Positions 13,690 to 30,929 of a DNA stretch of 64,000 nucleotides are shown here, piece after piece (the stretch's first letter is position 1; each line of letters opens with the position of its first letter). This stretch comes from the human T2T-CHM13v2.0 reference genome, Homo sapiens: assembly GCF_009914755.1 (NCBI RefSeq), contig NC_060926.1; one strand, written 5' to 3'. The notes below the pieces were generated by a model. It did no database searches, was not told where the DNA came from, and saw only the letters and a list, made by a program, of their open reading frames with translations. The position numbers and the translations under genes are program-made.

Positions 13690-14950
13690 GAGTGGAGGCT
13701 CCGAGCCGACTTCACCTCCTCCTCAGAGGGACCGGCCCGATCCGAAAGGGCGGTCTCCAGGGGTCCCCATCCCGCACCACGCACACAGCCTGGCGCAACT
13801 AAAGAGGAAGTCGGATGTCACATCCAACGGATAAATAAAGACAGCCCGGCCACACAAGAGCCGCATTCTGGGCAGGACTCCTGCTAGGTTTGGGGAGGGG
13901 TCCCAGTCTGCGATCCTTTCTCCCTCTTCGTGCAGCGTCCTCCTCCCCGGGGCCCGGGCCGGCGGCGCCCACGCAACGCGGCGCGGTGCGAGTCCCGAGA
14001 GCACCTCGAGCCCCCGGCCCCCTCCCCAGCCCCGCCGGGCCCGCGGCCGCCGCACTCCCGCACGCCGGCTGCCCAGCGCCCACGGGCCCTGCCCCAGACT
14101 CGGGCGCGCAGTTCCGACGGCCCAGGGCGGGGACGGCGCGGCGGAGGGGAGCTGCCGCCGCGGGCTCTCGGAGGCACCGGCGGCCGCACACAGTCCTCCC
14201 CTTCGCCGCGAGTAAACAGCTCGCGGGCGCGCTCCAGCCGCGCCCCCATCCCCCCGCCGGGCTCCGCGCCGCCCCGCGCCCGCGCGTCCCGCCCGCCGGC
14301 GCCGCCGCCCGCTACCTGGTCGGTGAGTTTGAGCACTGCCATTCTTCCGCTCCTTCGCGCGCACACACATGCAGGTCCCCGGCCCGCAGATGTCACGCCG
14401 GGAGCCGGGGAAGCGGAAGGGATTGCCAGGAGAAGGGAAAAAATCTGGCTCCCGAATTTGACAGCCCTCCCCCTGCTCCTCCTCCGCCGCCGCCTCCTCC
14501 CGCCGAGAGGCTGACACTGGCTAGTGGGGTTTGCAGCCGAGCCCGCCCGCCTTTCCACAGGAAGTACCGGCTGCTGCCAGCCGGGCCGCCACTGACATCA
14601 CCGCGCGCTGGCTCGCTCGCCGCCCGCCGCCTGGGCCGACGCTGCCTCCTGCCGCCCGCAGCCGAGCCGCGCAGCCCGGCCCCCGGCGCTGCCCCCGCGC
14701 CCGCACCGGGCCGCCGCCTGCCTTCCGCACCTGCACGCGGCGCCCGGCCGGGCCGGCCCCGGGCCCTGGGCGGATCGCGGGCCTCCCTGACGGGTCTCAC
14801 ACATATGGGTGGGGAAGCCCGCGGGGACACACCCCGAGGGGGCAGGAAAGGCTCTCACTCACATGCCGTCCACTTTAACCGGGGAGATGGGGTTACGCCC
14901 CCTTCCCCTAACCCAGAATCAGGTGGTGGCAGCGCCCCGAAGATCCCAGG
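13690..14950. promoter_or_regulatory. CpG-island promoter and 5' UTR of ANKRD44, possibly bidirectional
   Basis: Very GC- and CpG-rich, with GC boxes, ETS motif CAGGAAGT (14558-14565), CRE-like TGACATCA (14593-14600), PU.1-type AAAGAGGAAGT (13801-13811) and a GGC/GGA repeat in the UTR (~14477-14500). No TATA box seen; the TSS cannot be fixed from sequence. Confidence 0.9.
14316..14342 (-). CDS. ANKRD44: ANKRD44 (PP6 regulatory ankyrin repeat subunit B) first coding exon, MAVLKLTDQ; the gene continues off the left edge of the window
   Basis: Minus strand reads gcggaagaATGGCAGTGCTCAAACTCACCGACCAG|GTAGCG: strong Kozak (-3A, +4G), 27 nt, phase-0 GT donor, inside a CpG island. The peptide matches my recollection of the ANKRD44 N-terminus (MAVLKLTDQPPLVQ...); paralogues ANKRD28 and ANKRD52 start differently. 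Confidence 0.93.
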
Positions 14951-15387
14951 GACCGCAATTATGATGCTCCCTTTGTTTAATGCCAGGAGGCAGCGGACAC
15001 ATTGTGATTCTTTACAGGGTGTTTGCCAAACATTTATGGGTGGAGGGAACAGAAGCTCTGGCCCTTCCACCTTGTTCTCCAGCCACTTTCCAGCTAAACA
15101 CACACACACATATGCACACACACATACTATTGTTAAATTCAAACACCCTGGGTTTGGTTTTTGCTGGTGGGGGTGGAGTGGAGTTCCTGGAGAAGCAAAG
15201 CAGTCCTAAATCACCGAGTTGATGGGTCTTTTGGGTGTTCCCACCAGTCCTTACTGATCTCTACAAAATCCCAAGTTACCAAGCTCTTCAACAAATAGAA
15301 GACAGCTGTCAAACACCATGGGCTACAGATACAACGGGCATATTCGTAAGCATAGTAGCTGTTGATAGTTCTGGAATTTGGAGCAAA

Positions 15388-15730
15388 CACTTATTCATTG
15401 AACAGCTATGTACTGAGTCCCTACCTTGTCAGGCACTGGCTAGGCACGGGAATAAACGGAGAGCATAAATAAGATAACCTGCTCTCAGAAGATGCCAACA
15501 TAAACCGCATAGTCTCTGCTAATGAATGTAATTACAAACTGAGATAAGGGATCTCAAGGGAAAACATGCTTCTGAAGTGAACCCACAACAAAGGAATCAG
15601 ACCAGACTGGTGGGTGAGGGCAGGCTTCCCTGAGAAAGTGACAGGAGTTGAGATCTGGAGAAGGGAGAATTAAGTAAGCAAGTGGAGAGGAAGTGCTCCC
15701 AGGCAGCCCCATGTGCCCCTGGCAGGCCAT
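15388..15730 (-). mobile_element. L2 fragment
   Basis: Reverse-complement L2 3' end (ttattcattgaacagctatgtactgagt...caggcactggctaggcac). Confidence 0.6.
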
Positions 15731-17081
15731 AGAGCAAACCTGTAGGGCAGCATTGAACAGCTTTGAAGAGCAAACTAGAGCTACAGAATTCTTTGGTCAA
15801 GACCAAACATCTGCCTCTACTGTATATTCACAAACCAAATGTCCATTCTTCCTCCCTACTCTTAGAACCTCCCCCAAAGATTCCACATGAGACAGGAGAG
15901 AAAGGAGCATTAATATCCTCACATTTACCATCCAGCCACTCTGGTTGTCGAAGCAGCTAAATCTCAAATTTACCTTTATTAGTCTTATAGATTATAATTC
16001 AGATCATGCAGACAAGAAGAACCAAGGAACTTTGTTCCTGGCTTCCACTCCTCTGTTATCAATGTTGCATGGAAACAAACAAACAAAAAATTCTAAGGCC
16101 TTTCTCAGACATACAACAGATTGTTTATGTTGCATCTATGAGTCAGTTCTTCACTGCTGTTATTGGTATGTCTATTTACTGAACACCCTGCATGGCTTTG
16201 TAAGTAAACTGAATAGGACCCTGCATTCTCTACTTAAATAGAGCCATCTTTCAGAAGAGTGATAACAAATGACTTAATTTGGAAGATTCACTCAAGATCC
16301 AATTTGATTCATCGCGGACATGCCTGCACCTAAGTTCCTGGGGCCAAAGTGAGGAGGCAGCAGTTCTCCACCCAATCAGACCATCATCCTCTTTTTGTAA
16401 CTAGTATCTTTAACACTCCCCTTACTATCCTGAAAGGTAATTTGTGGATAATATTACCTACCAATACAAATTTCAAAAAAAAAAAAACCAGCAACAATAT
16501 ATTGTCCTAATTGTACAATAAAGGAAAAATTAAAGGAGAGTAATTTATAATGAATATGTATTTCAGTAGGTAAGTGGTAAAACACAACTCTCTTTGTCTT
16601 CTGACAAAACAAAGCAGTAAGATGCTTCCACCTATATGGAGAGGCTTTGTGAATGAGAGAATTACAAATGCAGACAGATGTGAACATATAGTGTTAGGAA
16701 TTCAAATATCAAGATTGGTGTTGTCATAGGTGACCTGACTTTGTGAAAGGTTGAACAACTCGTGGCCAAGTTCCAAATAAAATAGGGAGCAGAAGATTTG
16801 GCAAAATTTATTGATAAGACTACACTTATCAGAAGGTCTGCTTTTAATGTGTTAGCCAGTACTTTGACAGTGATTCAAACACTTTGTTTACTTCATTAAA
16901 TGAGACTCAGACTCAGCAGTTGACTATATTCGGTGAGCTTGAGAAGCCAGAATGCCCCTGGTATAATGTAGAGAAAGAAATCCAAAGATTTGTGGAGATG
17001 GGAATGTTGGAATAATTTTATCATGTATAATCTGTACAGCCAACCCCTACATATTCCTGGAGAGCCAGATGATGATCTTTA

Positions 17082-17400
<319 letters not shown>

Positions 17401-20189
17401 AAAAGGAAAGAAAAATACATTCGAGAGAGAACGTCAGAAAAACTCTCTAGTAGCTGGATATGATGGTGGGAGATGCTTTCGTTGAGATGGCTCCTTGATT
17501 TTTATATTAGTGGGATCCTGCGACAGCAATGGCCAAGTGGCAGCACTTAGCTGGCAGAGACAAGGTGGACACATTTACTGTAATGGACAGCAGAGACAAA
17601 GTAGTACTTAAAGGTCTTAACCTACAGGTATATCTGGCAGTGCCCTAGGTTGTCCTAGGAATGAAATAGACGGGCAGACTTTGGAAATAGCCATTGATCT
17701 TTATAACAGACAAAACTCTACATCTGCCACCTGAAAGCTCCCTTGAGCCATCAAAATGAAATTATCTTTCATTCAGTTTCCGTACCTAAATGAGTTCACA
17801 GACACAGAGCTCCTTGATTAAAAGGGAAGCTGGTCCCCTTCAGGAGGGTCTTGCAGCATTGTCATAAATATATACTACAAATCCTCATCCAAGCCTTATC
17901 CAAAGGAACCTGATGTATTTTTCTAGGCTGAGCGAGTACTGGGAAAAAGGAAATACCCAGACATTTGAGGGATCACTGACACTGCTTCTGAATTAATGCT
18001 AATTCCTGAGGATTGCAAACACCACTGGATCCACCAATCAAAATGGGGATCTATGGTAGGTGATAAATGAAATTTTTAACTAAGTATAAATCAGTGTGGA
18101 TCCAGTAGCTCTGCAGACCCAAACTATAGTTATCTCCTCAACTGTTAGTTAGAATAGACATACTCAGTAACTAACAGAATCCTAACATCATTTCTCTGAC
18201 CCACAGAGTGAAGTTTATTATGGTAAGACAGGCCAAATGGAAGCCTCTGGAATTTCCTCTTGATACCAGAATAGAAAACCAACAACAATGCTCAATCCCT
18301 GGAAATATGTAGAAATTGGTACCACCAGAAAAGACGTAGAAGATACAGGAATGATAATACTGTCACATCTCCATTTAACTCACCTGTTGGGCCTATGCAA
18401 AAGATCTTAGAGAATAACTATGATTTGTTATTAAGTTGTAAACTTAATCAAATGGTAATGTCAGTTGCAGCTGCTATTCTATATATGCTGTCTTTACCGC
18501 AACAAAGCAACTCAGCCCTAGGCACCTGGTGTGCACTATTGATATGGCAAATGCTTTTTATCTATTTCAATTTTCACCAAAAGTTGTTTTCTTTTATATG
18601 GCAAGATCAACAGTACACCTTTACAGTCTTCTCTAGGGGATGTAAACACTCCCACTCTCTGGCATAATCTCATCTGCACAGGTCTTGATCACTATGTTAA
18701 AGACATCGAGCTGACTGGCCCTGATAAACAGGAAGTAACAAATATTTTAGCTGCCTTAACAACACACATGTGAGCCAGAGATTGGGTATAAACCCCAAGA
18801 AAATTCATCACCTTAGTGAAGTTTCTGGAGGTCCAGTGGTCTAGAAAACACCAGGATATTCTCCCCAACGTAAAAGACAAATTACTTCACCTTGTACCAT
18901 CTACCACTAAGAAAAGAGACACAATACTTTCTGGGTATCCTTGGATTTTAGAGGCAATATGTATCACATCTGAGTGTGATGCTGTGACCCATTTATAGAG
19001 CAACCCATAAGGCTGGAATTTTTTATTAGGAATAAGGGGAGAAGAAATATCTGTAGCAGGACTTGATGACCCAGAGGAATCCAATGATACTTAAAGTGTC
19101 TGTGGCAAATAAGGATGCTATATAGAGCCTCTGGTGAGCCCTGATTAGATCTACAATGCAGAATTCCTTAGTTGTAGAGCAAGTCATGCCCTCTTCTGCA
19201 GATAACAATTTTCTATTTGAGGAATGGTCCCTAGCTTGCTAAGTGAATTTGAATGACTGGCCATGAGACAATCAAGTGACTGCAAGCTCAGCTGCCCATT
19301 ATGAACTGAGTGTAATCTAATCTACCAATCCATAAGACCAGACATACACAAGAGGAATTCCTCATCAAATGGAAATGGTATGTAAGAGACTGAGCTTAAG
19401 CAGGTCCAGAAAGCACAAGTTGCCTTAGCAGGTAGCTCAGATTCCTTTGATACTTACTCCTGGTGCCTCCTTATCTTCAACTTCATGGGGAATTTCTTAA
19501 GACCAGTTAACTGATTTACAGACAGTTCTCCTAAATATACTGGCACAAGCTGGAAGTGGTCTATTCCAGCATCACAGTCTCAATAAGGAATGCCCCCGAT
19601 GACAGTACTGAAGGGAAATTTTCTCAGTGCAAGAAATTTCCAGCAGCGCACCTAGGGTCTACTTTGTCTGGATTGAGAGAGACGGTCAAAGGTATAGATC
19701 TACACTCATTCACAGGCAATTATTGATGGTTTTGCTGAATGGTCAGCAACTTGGAAAGATGAGGTGGTCCGGGAAAGAGGTTTGTGGGTGCACCTTTCAG
19801 AATAGGCACAAAGTGTGAGGAATTTGTGTGCCATGTGAATGCTCACCACAGAGCATCTACTCTGAGAAGGCTTTTAGTAATTAGGTGAATGACACATTCG
19901 GTGGAGTGGGCCTCTTTCTCCACCTATTGCAGTGCTTGCTCAAAGTAGCCATGGAGTCAGGAATAAAGACTATGTTTGGGCTTCAAATCTTAGGCTTCTC
20001 TGCAGTAAGGCTGATATCTGACAACATCAGAAATCACACATTGAGAGGCACCATTTCCAAGGGAGACTAGTCAGCCATGTGGTAGCAAATTGATTATTTT
20101 GGAACCCTTCCTTCATGGAGGGAACAGTTACTTGTCTTCACTAGAGTAGACACATATTGTGGATATGAATTTGTTTTCTTTTCCTTTCT

Positions 20190-20487
<298 letters not shown>

Positions 20488-20490
20488 TGA

Positions 20491-20810
<320 letters not shown>

Positions 20811-21854
20811 CAGAGAGTGTTTCTGACAGAACTACCATCCATGACTTATGTTGTATCTTACTCACTGTTATATAGTCTACACAATATTACTTCTTTCTGA
20901 GGAACTCATCTCATGGCAAAAGAAATGCAGCAAAGGACTCATGTAAATGGAATTTACCAGTCTTATCAATACCTCATCAGCCAGAAGCAGCTCACCTGGA
21001 AGGATGATGGAGTTCTACTGAAGACTGAGTTCCAGCACCAGCTGGGAAATACCACACTAACATAGTGAAGTTACCTCTTGGAGGACACAGAAAATGCTTT
21101 GAGTCAGGAGTCAGTACATAGTACTGCTTCCCCCAAAATACAAGGTCCAAGAATCAAGGGTGGGGCTGGGAGGGAGAAGGGAGTGGTGGTTGTAGTAGAA
21201 GTGGTTCTTTTCATCATTACACCCAATAATCCACTCATACAGTTTTTGCTTCCAGTGCCTGTTTTGCTTTGAGCTCTGCTGGTTTGGGGGTGTTGCTTCC
21301 CAAGGGAGGGTTCCCACCAGGGATCACAATTATGGTTTCATTGAATTGGAAGCTAAGACTGGGATGTGTCCACTTTCGGTTCCACATGCTATGGAAACAA
21401 CAGGAAAAGCAGGGGTTACCTTTCTGGGTGGGGTTACTGATTCCCATTATCAAGAGGAAATTGGTTTGCTACAACACAGTGGGAACAGGGAGGACGATGG
21501 GGACAGGGAGGACGATTGGGACAGGAAGGACTATGTTCTGGATTTTCTGTGGTACCCCTTAGCACTTCCATATCCTATAATAAAAGTTGATGGAAGCTAC
21601 TATAATTTTTTAAAAGGATTAAAAAATGGATTCAGACCCTTCAGGAGTGAAGATATGAAGAGAAGAAAAGGGCCTCTCTTCCAAGCTTTTCGTTCTAATA
21701 ACTAACCTTTTCCCATTGTTCCCAGCCCTACTGGTGGTAGCTGCTTCTTAAAGTTACTATCTCTGTGTTCCCTTTTTGTTTTTTCAGTCCTCTAACACCT
21801 ATTTAAACAATTCCCCATATTAAACAGGACTATTTAAGCAATTCCTCATATTAA

Positions 21855-23090
<1,236 letters not shown>

Positions 23091-23189
23091 CTAAAACATT
23101 GTGTTTATATGTAAAACGGGTTAAGTTCCAGGCTAAGATAATTGCAGACAGATTTTTACCTACATGAATATCCAGTGGGACATTTGAAA

Positions 23190-23322
23190 GACCACTTTCC
23201 AGGACAGCTAGCATCTTTAATTTCCAATCAATAGATGCTTGGGCATTCCATTCTTTGTGACAACCAAATATGTTCTCTCAAATTTCAAAAACATTCCCTA
23301 AAGAGCAAGGCCGAGAACTGTG
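23190..23322 (+). mobile_element. hAT-Charlie MITE fragment (MER20/MER3-like)
   Basis: gtgacaaccaaatatg...aaacattccc...gagaactg resembles the MER20-type 3' end. Confidence 0.45.
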
Positions 23323-23506
23323 TACTGTAGTGACCATAGCCTATGACTTTACTAAATCTACCCAATATACCATATCACATTTCGCTATGGTTGTTTTATT
23401 TACTTGATGTATGCTTTTTTAAATTTTATAAATATAAATGTGCACGTAAATGTGTGTGTATATCTGTATATCTGTGTTTGTATTTTATATGTTTATATAA
23501 AACATA

Positions 23507-23872
23507 TGTATTAGTCCATTCTCATGCTGCTATAAAGGACTGCCCGTGACTGGGTAGTTTATAAAGAAAAGAGATTTAATTGACTCACAGTTCCACATGG
23601 CTGGGGAGTCCTCACAATCATGGCAGAAGACAAAAGAGGAGCAAAGTCATGTTTTACATGGTGGCAGGGAAGAGAGCTTGTGTAGGGCAACTCCCCTTTA
23701 TAAAACCATCAGCTCTCATGAGACATATTATCCACTATCATGAGAACAGCATGGGAAAGACCCACCCCCATGATTGAATTACCTCCCACCAGGTCCCTCC
23801 CACGATAAGAGGAAATTATAAGAGCTACAATTTAAGATGAGATTTTGGTGGGGACACACCCAAACCATATCA
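23507..23872 (-). mobile_element. THE1 (THE1B-like) MaLR solo LTR
   Basis: tgtattagtccattctcatgctgct...ccaaaccatatca with a perfect 5-bp ACATA TSD. Confidence 0.92.
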
Positions 23873-23907
23873 ACATATAAACTTATGAATACACAGTATT
23901 TCACTGT

Positions 23908-24342
23908 CGTGGATGCTGTAGTGTGCCACCCAGTTCCCACATTCAGGACCAAAGGCTTTATGCCCCCAACTGCAGAGAGTGTTGCCTGCTGATAGCTTGA
24001 AGCTGATTCTTCCTTCAGGAATTACCCTCAGTCAGAAGCAACCACCTCACCTCATTACAGTCCCTCCCTTGAAACTATTCATATCCAGTGAATTTGAGAG
24101 TACAAAGGCCCAGCCCCTTTTGCCTCAACTAAGGACATCTCCGAAAGCACATCTTAGCTCCAACACTCCCTCTGGGATCTGCTGGGGCCTGTGCTGCAAA
24201 TGCATCACAGATCAACTTCTCCTTCTACCCAGTCCTGCTCTCCTCATCCCCACCAGGGTTGTGCCTGAAAACATTCCCCAGTAAATAACCTGCATACAAT
24301 TCTCCATCTCAGAGACTGTTGCCTGGAGAACCCAACCCAATA
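23908..24342 (+). mobile_element. LTR16-family ERVL solo LTR
   Basis: gtggatgctgtagtgtgccacccag...ttcaggacc...ctccatctcagagactgttgcctggagaacccaacc. Confidence 0.7.
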
Positions 24343-24804
24343 TAATTATATATTTTGGCTTCACACTAGTGGCTTAGATAGTTCATCCTGTTTGTAAATA
24401 AATCAGAACCATCTCCCTGACCTGGGTGCAAACCACAAGTAGAGGCAGATAATGATGATTGCTGCATGAGGTTAAATCCTGATGAGGCTCTGCACTCTCT
24501 TCACACGGAGACTTTTCTATTTTGAAATATTGTGCCCCTTGACTGAATGGCTAAGTTACAGAAGATCCACAGATGTCTTAGGGGTATCAAATGACCTTCA
24601 CAAAACAAAACCAAGGGCCTATCAATCTAGGCTAAGGAAATTAGAACATTTCCTCAATGTAATTTTTATTAACGTATATCTGTAAGCACTGTTTATTTCT
24701 GCACCTACAATGGTTCCTGGATTCTAAACAGTCATGGAGTTTAAGTTTGTAAAATTGGTTTAAAAACAACTTTTCAGAGAGCAGAAGATGAAATTTTTCA
24801 CTCC

Positions 24805-24959
24805 ATGAAATATCCCATATTCTATGAGCCAGCACATGTAAAGCACACATAACGGAACCTGGTACAAAGTAAATGCAAGATGAAATACACCATACTCTGT
24901 GAGTCAGCACATGTAAAGCGCATGTAACAGAACCTGGTACAAAGTAAGTGCAAGATGAA
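24805..24959. repeat. 75-bp tandem duplication (2 copies) of MIR-derived sequence
   Basis: Copies at 24805-24879 and 24880-24954 align with scattered substitutions. Confidence 0.9.
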
Positions 24960-25443
24960 TGTTAGCTATTATATCTATGATATTAAAATGTGAAAAGATG
25001 ACACCTTAGAATTGAAGAAATACGGTTTTTTAAATCAATATTATAAAGTTACTTTTAGTGTTGATTTGTTGAAATTTATTATCTTTATCCCAGGGAATGC
25101 CTTCCTTGGCTCTTGATCCTTATTTTCCTTGACCTGCTAACAAACTTATAAACAGTATCATTCGATTAAATATTTCATTGTTTTATTTGCTATTGATCAT
25201 CTATTCTCTTTGTTTTATGGGTGTTAGCCTTCCATAATTTCACATGCTTTGTTTTTTATATGTGTTGTTTTTCTCATTATAAACTTCTAATGGGTACTAG
25301 ACATGCCTTACACTTCTTTGCATGAATTCGATAAATAATGACAAACTGCTTGATTTTAAAAGCATGCAATTGGAGGCAATATTAGCTGGCAATTCTATTC
25401 AATATATACTAAGTTTTTCTGTGAATGCCTACTTGTAATCTCA

Positions 25444-25873
<430 letters not shown>

Positions 25874-26195
25874 TTAAAACTTCTGCATTTTACTGTGGTT
25901 TTAAAAATGTTATTCCATTTATTTTTAACTTCTTCAGACAGCTGTCCTGGAAAAAATAAAACAGTGGAAGGTGAGAAAGTAAGATTCACCATAGAATACA
26001 AAGGGATAAAGGAGGGAGGAAAGAAGAGAAGCTGCAAAGAAATGTAGATGGAAGCACCAAGCTCCTTTAAAAGAGAGAAAAACCCTGACTGGGCATTTTA
26101 GCATGCAATTATGGTCCTTAAACTTCACCAGGACACTGTAGAGTCTCAGCAACCATTCTCAACCTTCCTGCAGAAAAATGATAGCCCAAATTCAC

Positions 26196-27756
<1,561 letters not shown>

Positions 27757-28928
27757 AACTTTGAGTAAATAATTTAATCTCATCAAACCTTAGTTTACTA
27801 CTAGTCAAATGAGGCTAAGGATGCCTGTCCTCAATACCGTGGAGAATCATATAATAAAATGTATATGAAAATGCTTTGAAAAATGGAAAGAAATACGTAA
27901 ATGAGAGAGAAGGAGAGTGAACAATTGGTATGGCATTATGATAATGAGAAAGTGACAAGGAATGAGATGATTTTCTGCAGAGAGAAGCAAGAGAGACACA
28001 TTTCCACCCTATCATGTATAAGAACTAATGCCTGTGCTGCTGAAGTGAGTGCAAATTCTGCATCTTATTTCTGAACTAGGATGAGAAGCCAGAATGTTTC
28101 AAAAGGTGGGAAATGAGGAATGTAGTAATCAAGCTACAACTTCCGCTTATTAATTGGTCACACAACCAGTGCTGTATATTGATTTATATGTCATATACAT
28201 AATATATATCAATTTTGTCACACATATTAAGATATATATGTTATTAAGATCAAGTTTCTGATATTTGTTCATTTATTTAATTAATTAATTTTTGTAAAAA
28301 AGACCAAGTTGCTGAAAATGGTGAACGAGGGGCTCAGATAGTCAAAGAATAAACACAGCCCTTCTTCCTTGGGCATCAGTTGGATTTAATGATTCGGGGA
28401 ATTAAGTCACTTAACTTGGTAGGTAACTTGAAGCAGTATTTTCATATTTACATAAGCAAACAGATATAGTATGGCATGGAGTGTAACATTTGCATACATC
28501 TTTTAAATCAACCTGAGACCCCACGCATTTTGTGTTTGCAATGGACCTCTCCACACTATCTCCCTCCAATCCACCCCTCACCAAACCTTCACACTCCCAA
28601 GCTCTAGGAATAAGTCTTTATTCACTTATACTCTTTGAGGGCCTAGGAAAAGTTTAATAAGTGTTGCTTTTAGAAGTTTGGTGACCTTCTATGCTGCTGA
28701 AATGAAACAAAAACAGAAACCTGGCTCAGGAACTCTCACAAATGTGGCTGGTACACTTATATCCAGGGTCAAGTTTATAGTTGATTATTAATTTGTGGGT
28801 CTGCTTTCTGTTCCTAGCTTACCCATTAAACTGTTGAACAATTTTGTAAATATTGGTCACTGGTCCCCAGAAGAATCAAAAATTTCTAAATATAGAGGAA
28901 TTAGTGCTAACTGTCCACAAGAAAATAA

Positions 28929-29250
<322 letters not shown>

Positions 29251-29351
29251 AGAAAGGAATGCTAAATTCATAATTCCTTGCTGTTAGGACACAGTGGCAT
29301 CATAATCTTTGTATATAACGGTCAACACATTATATCTAAAGGAAGCAGAGG

Positions 29352-29896
<545 letters not shown>

Positions 29897-30202
29897 TTAT
29901 CCCAAACATACACCATACCTGATCACATAATACATCTTCAGTTAAAATTTTTATTAGCTAAACAAAAGTTACCTCTTCCAATGTTTAGGACATTGTGAAG
30001 AAGCTAGTGCATTCTTCATTCTCCAAAAGTCAGCTGCTCATTCTAAATCATCTTATACAGTTCTGTCCATTAAGGAAATGTAGAACATAGCATTATGTCA
30101 GTTTTTTGCTGTTTTCAGGTCTTGGAATATTTCCAAGTCTCTCTCCTGACCCCCAGCCAAAAAAAAAAAAAAAAAAATCATAGACTCAATCTATAACATA
30201 CA

Positions 30203-30555
30203 CTGCCATTGTTTGAATGTGTCTCCTTCAAACTTCATGTTGAAACTTAATTCCCATTGTAGTGGTATTAAGAGGTGGGGCATTTTAGGAAGTGATTAAG
30301 TTGTGTGGGCTGTACCCTCATTAATGGATTGGTGCCTTGTAAAAGAGCTGGAAGGAGCTAGTTTAGGTCTTTTCTTGCCCTTCAGCCTTCTGCCATGTGA
30401 GGACATGGTATCGCCCCATCTGCCATGGGAGAATGCAGCAAGAAGGCCCTTACCAAACAACAAATGGCTGCATCTTGCCCTTGGACTCCCCAACTTCCAG
30501 AACTGTAAGAAATCAATTTCTATTGTTTACACATTACCCCATGCAAACAGCTAAA
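30203..30555 (+). mobile_element. MST-type MaLR LTR
   Basis: gtttgaatgtgtc...catgttgaaacttaa...gccatgtgaggac...tccagaactgtaagaaat. Confidence 0.8.
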
Positions 30556-30607
30556 ATGTGTACCATACACACTTTTTGTTTTCTTTACAAAGCACCTTTT
30601 TCAATAA

Positions 30608-30929
<322 letters not shown>

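Noticed and set aside
13890-15209. 439-aa + strand ORF and other long ORFs over the CpG island
   Set aside because: Pro/Ala/Gly/Arg low-complexity products with non-ATG starts, open in several frames at once. This is stop-codon depletion in GC-rich DNA. Only the 9-codon minus-strand exon has splice and protein support.
18395-18998. RT-like ORFs as an active retroelement, retron-like system or domesticated gene
   Set aside because: Fragments of ERV-L pol with frameshifts, stops and a lost catalytic Asp (YVKD).
28246-28315. TSD-like 16-bp repeat (aagatcaagtttctga / aagaccaagttgctga) around a T-rich filler
   Set aside because: Could be an orphan tail insertion, but with two mismatches in AT-rich low-complexity DNA it is not distinguishable from chance.
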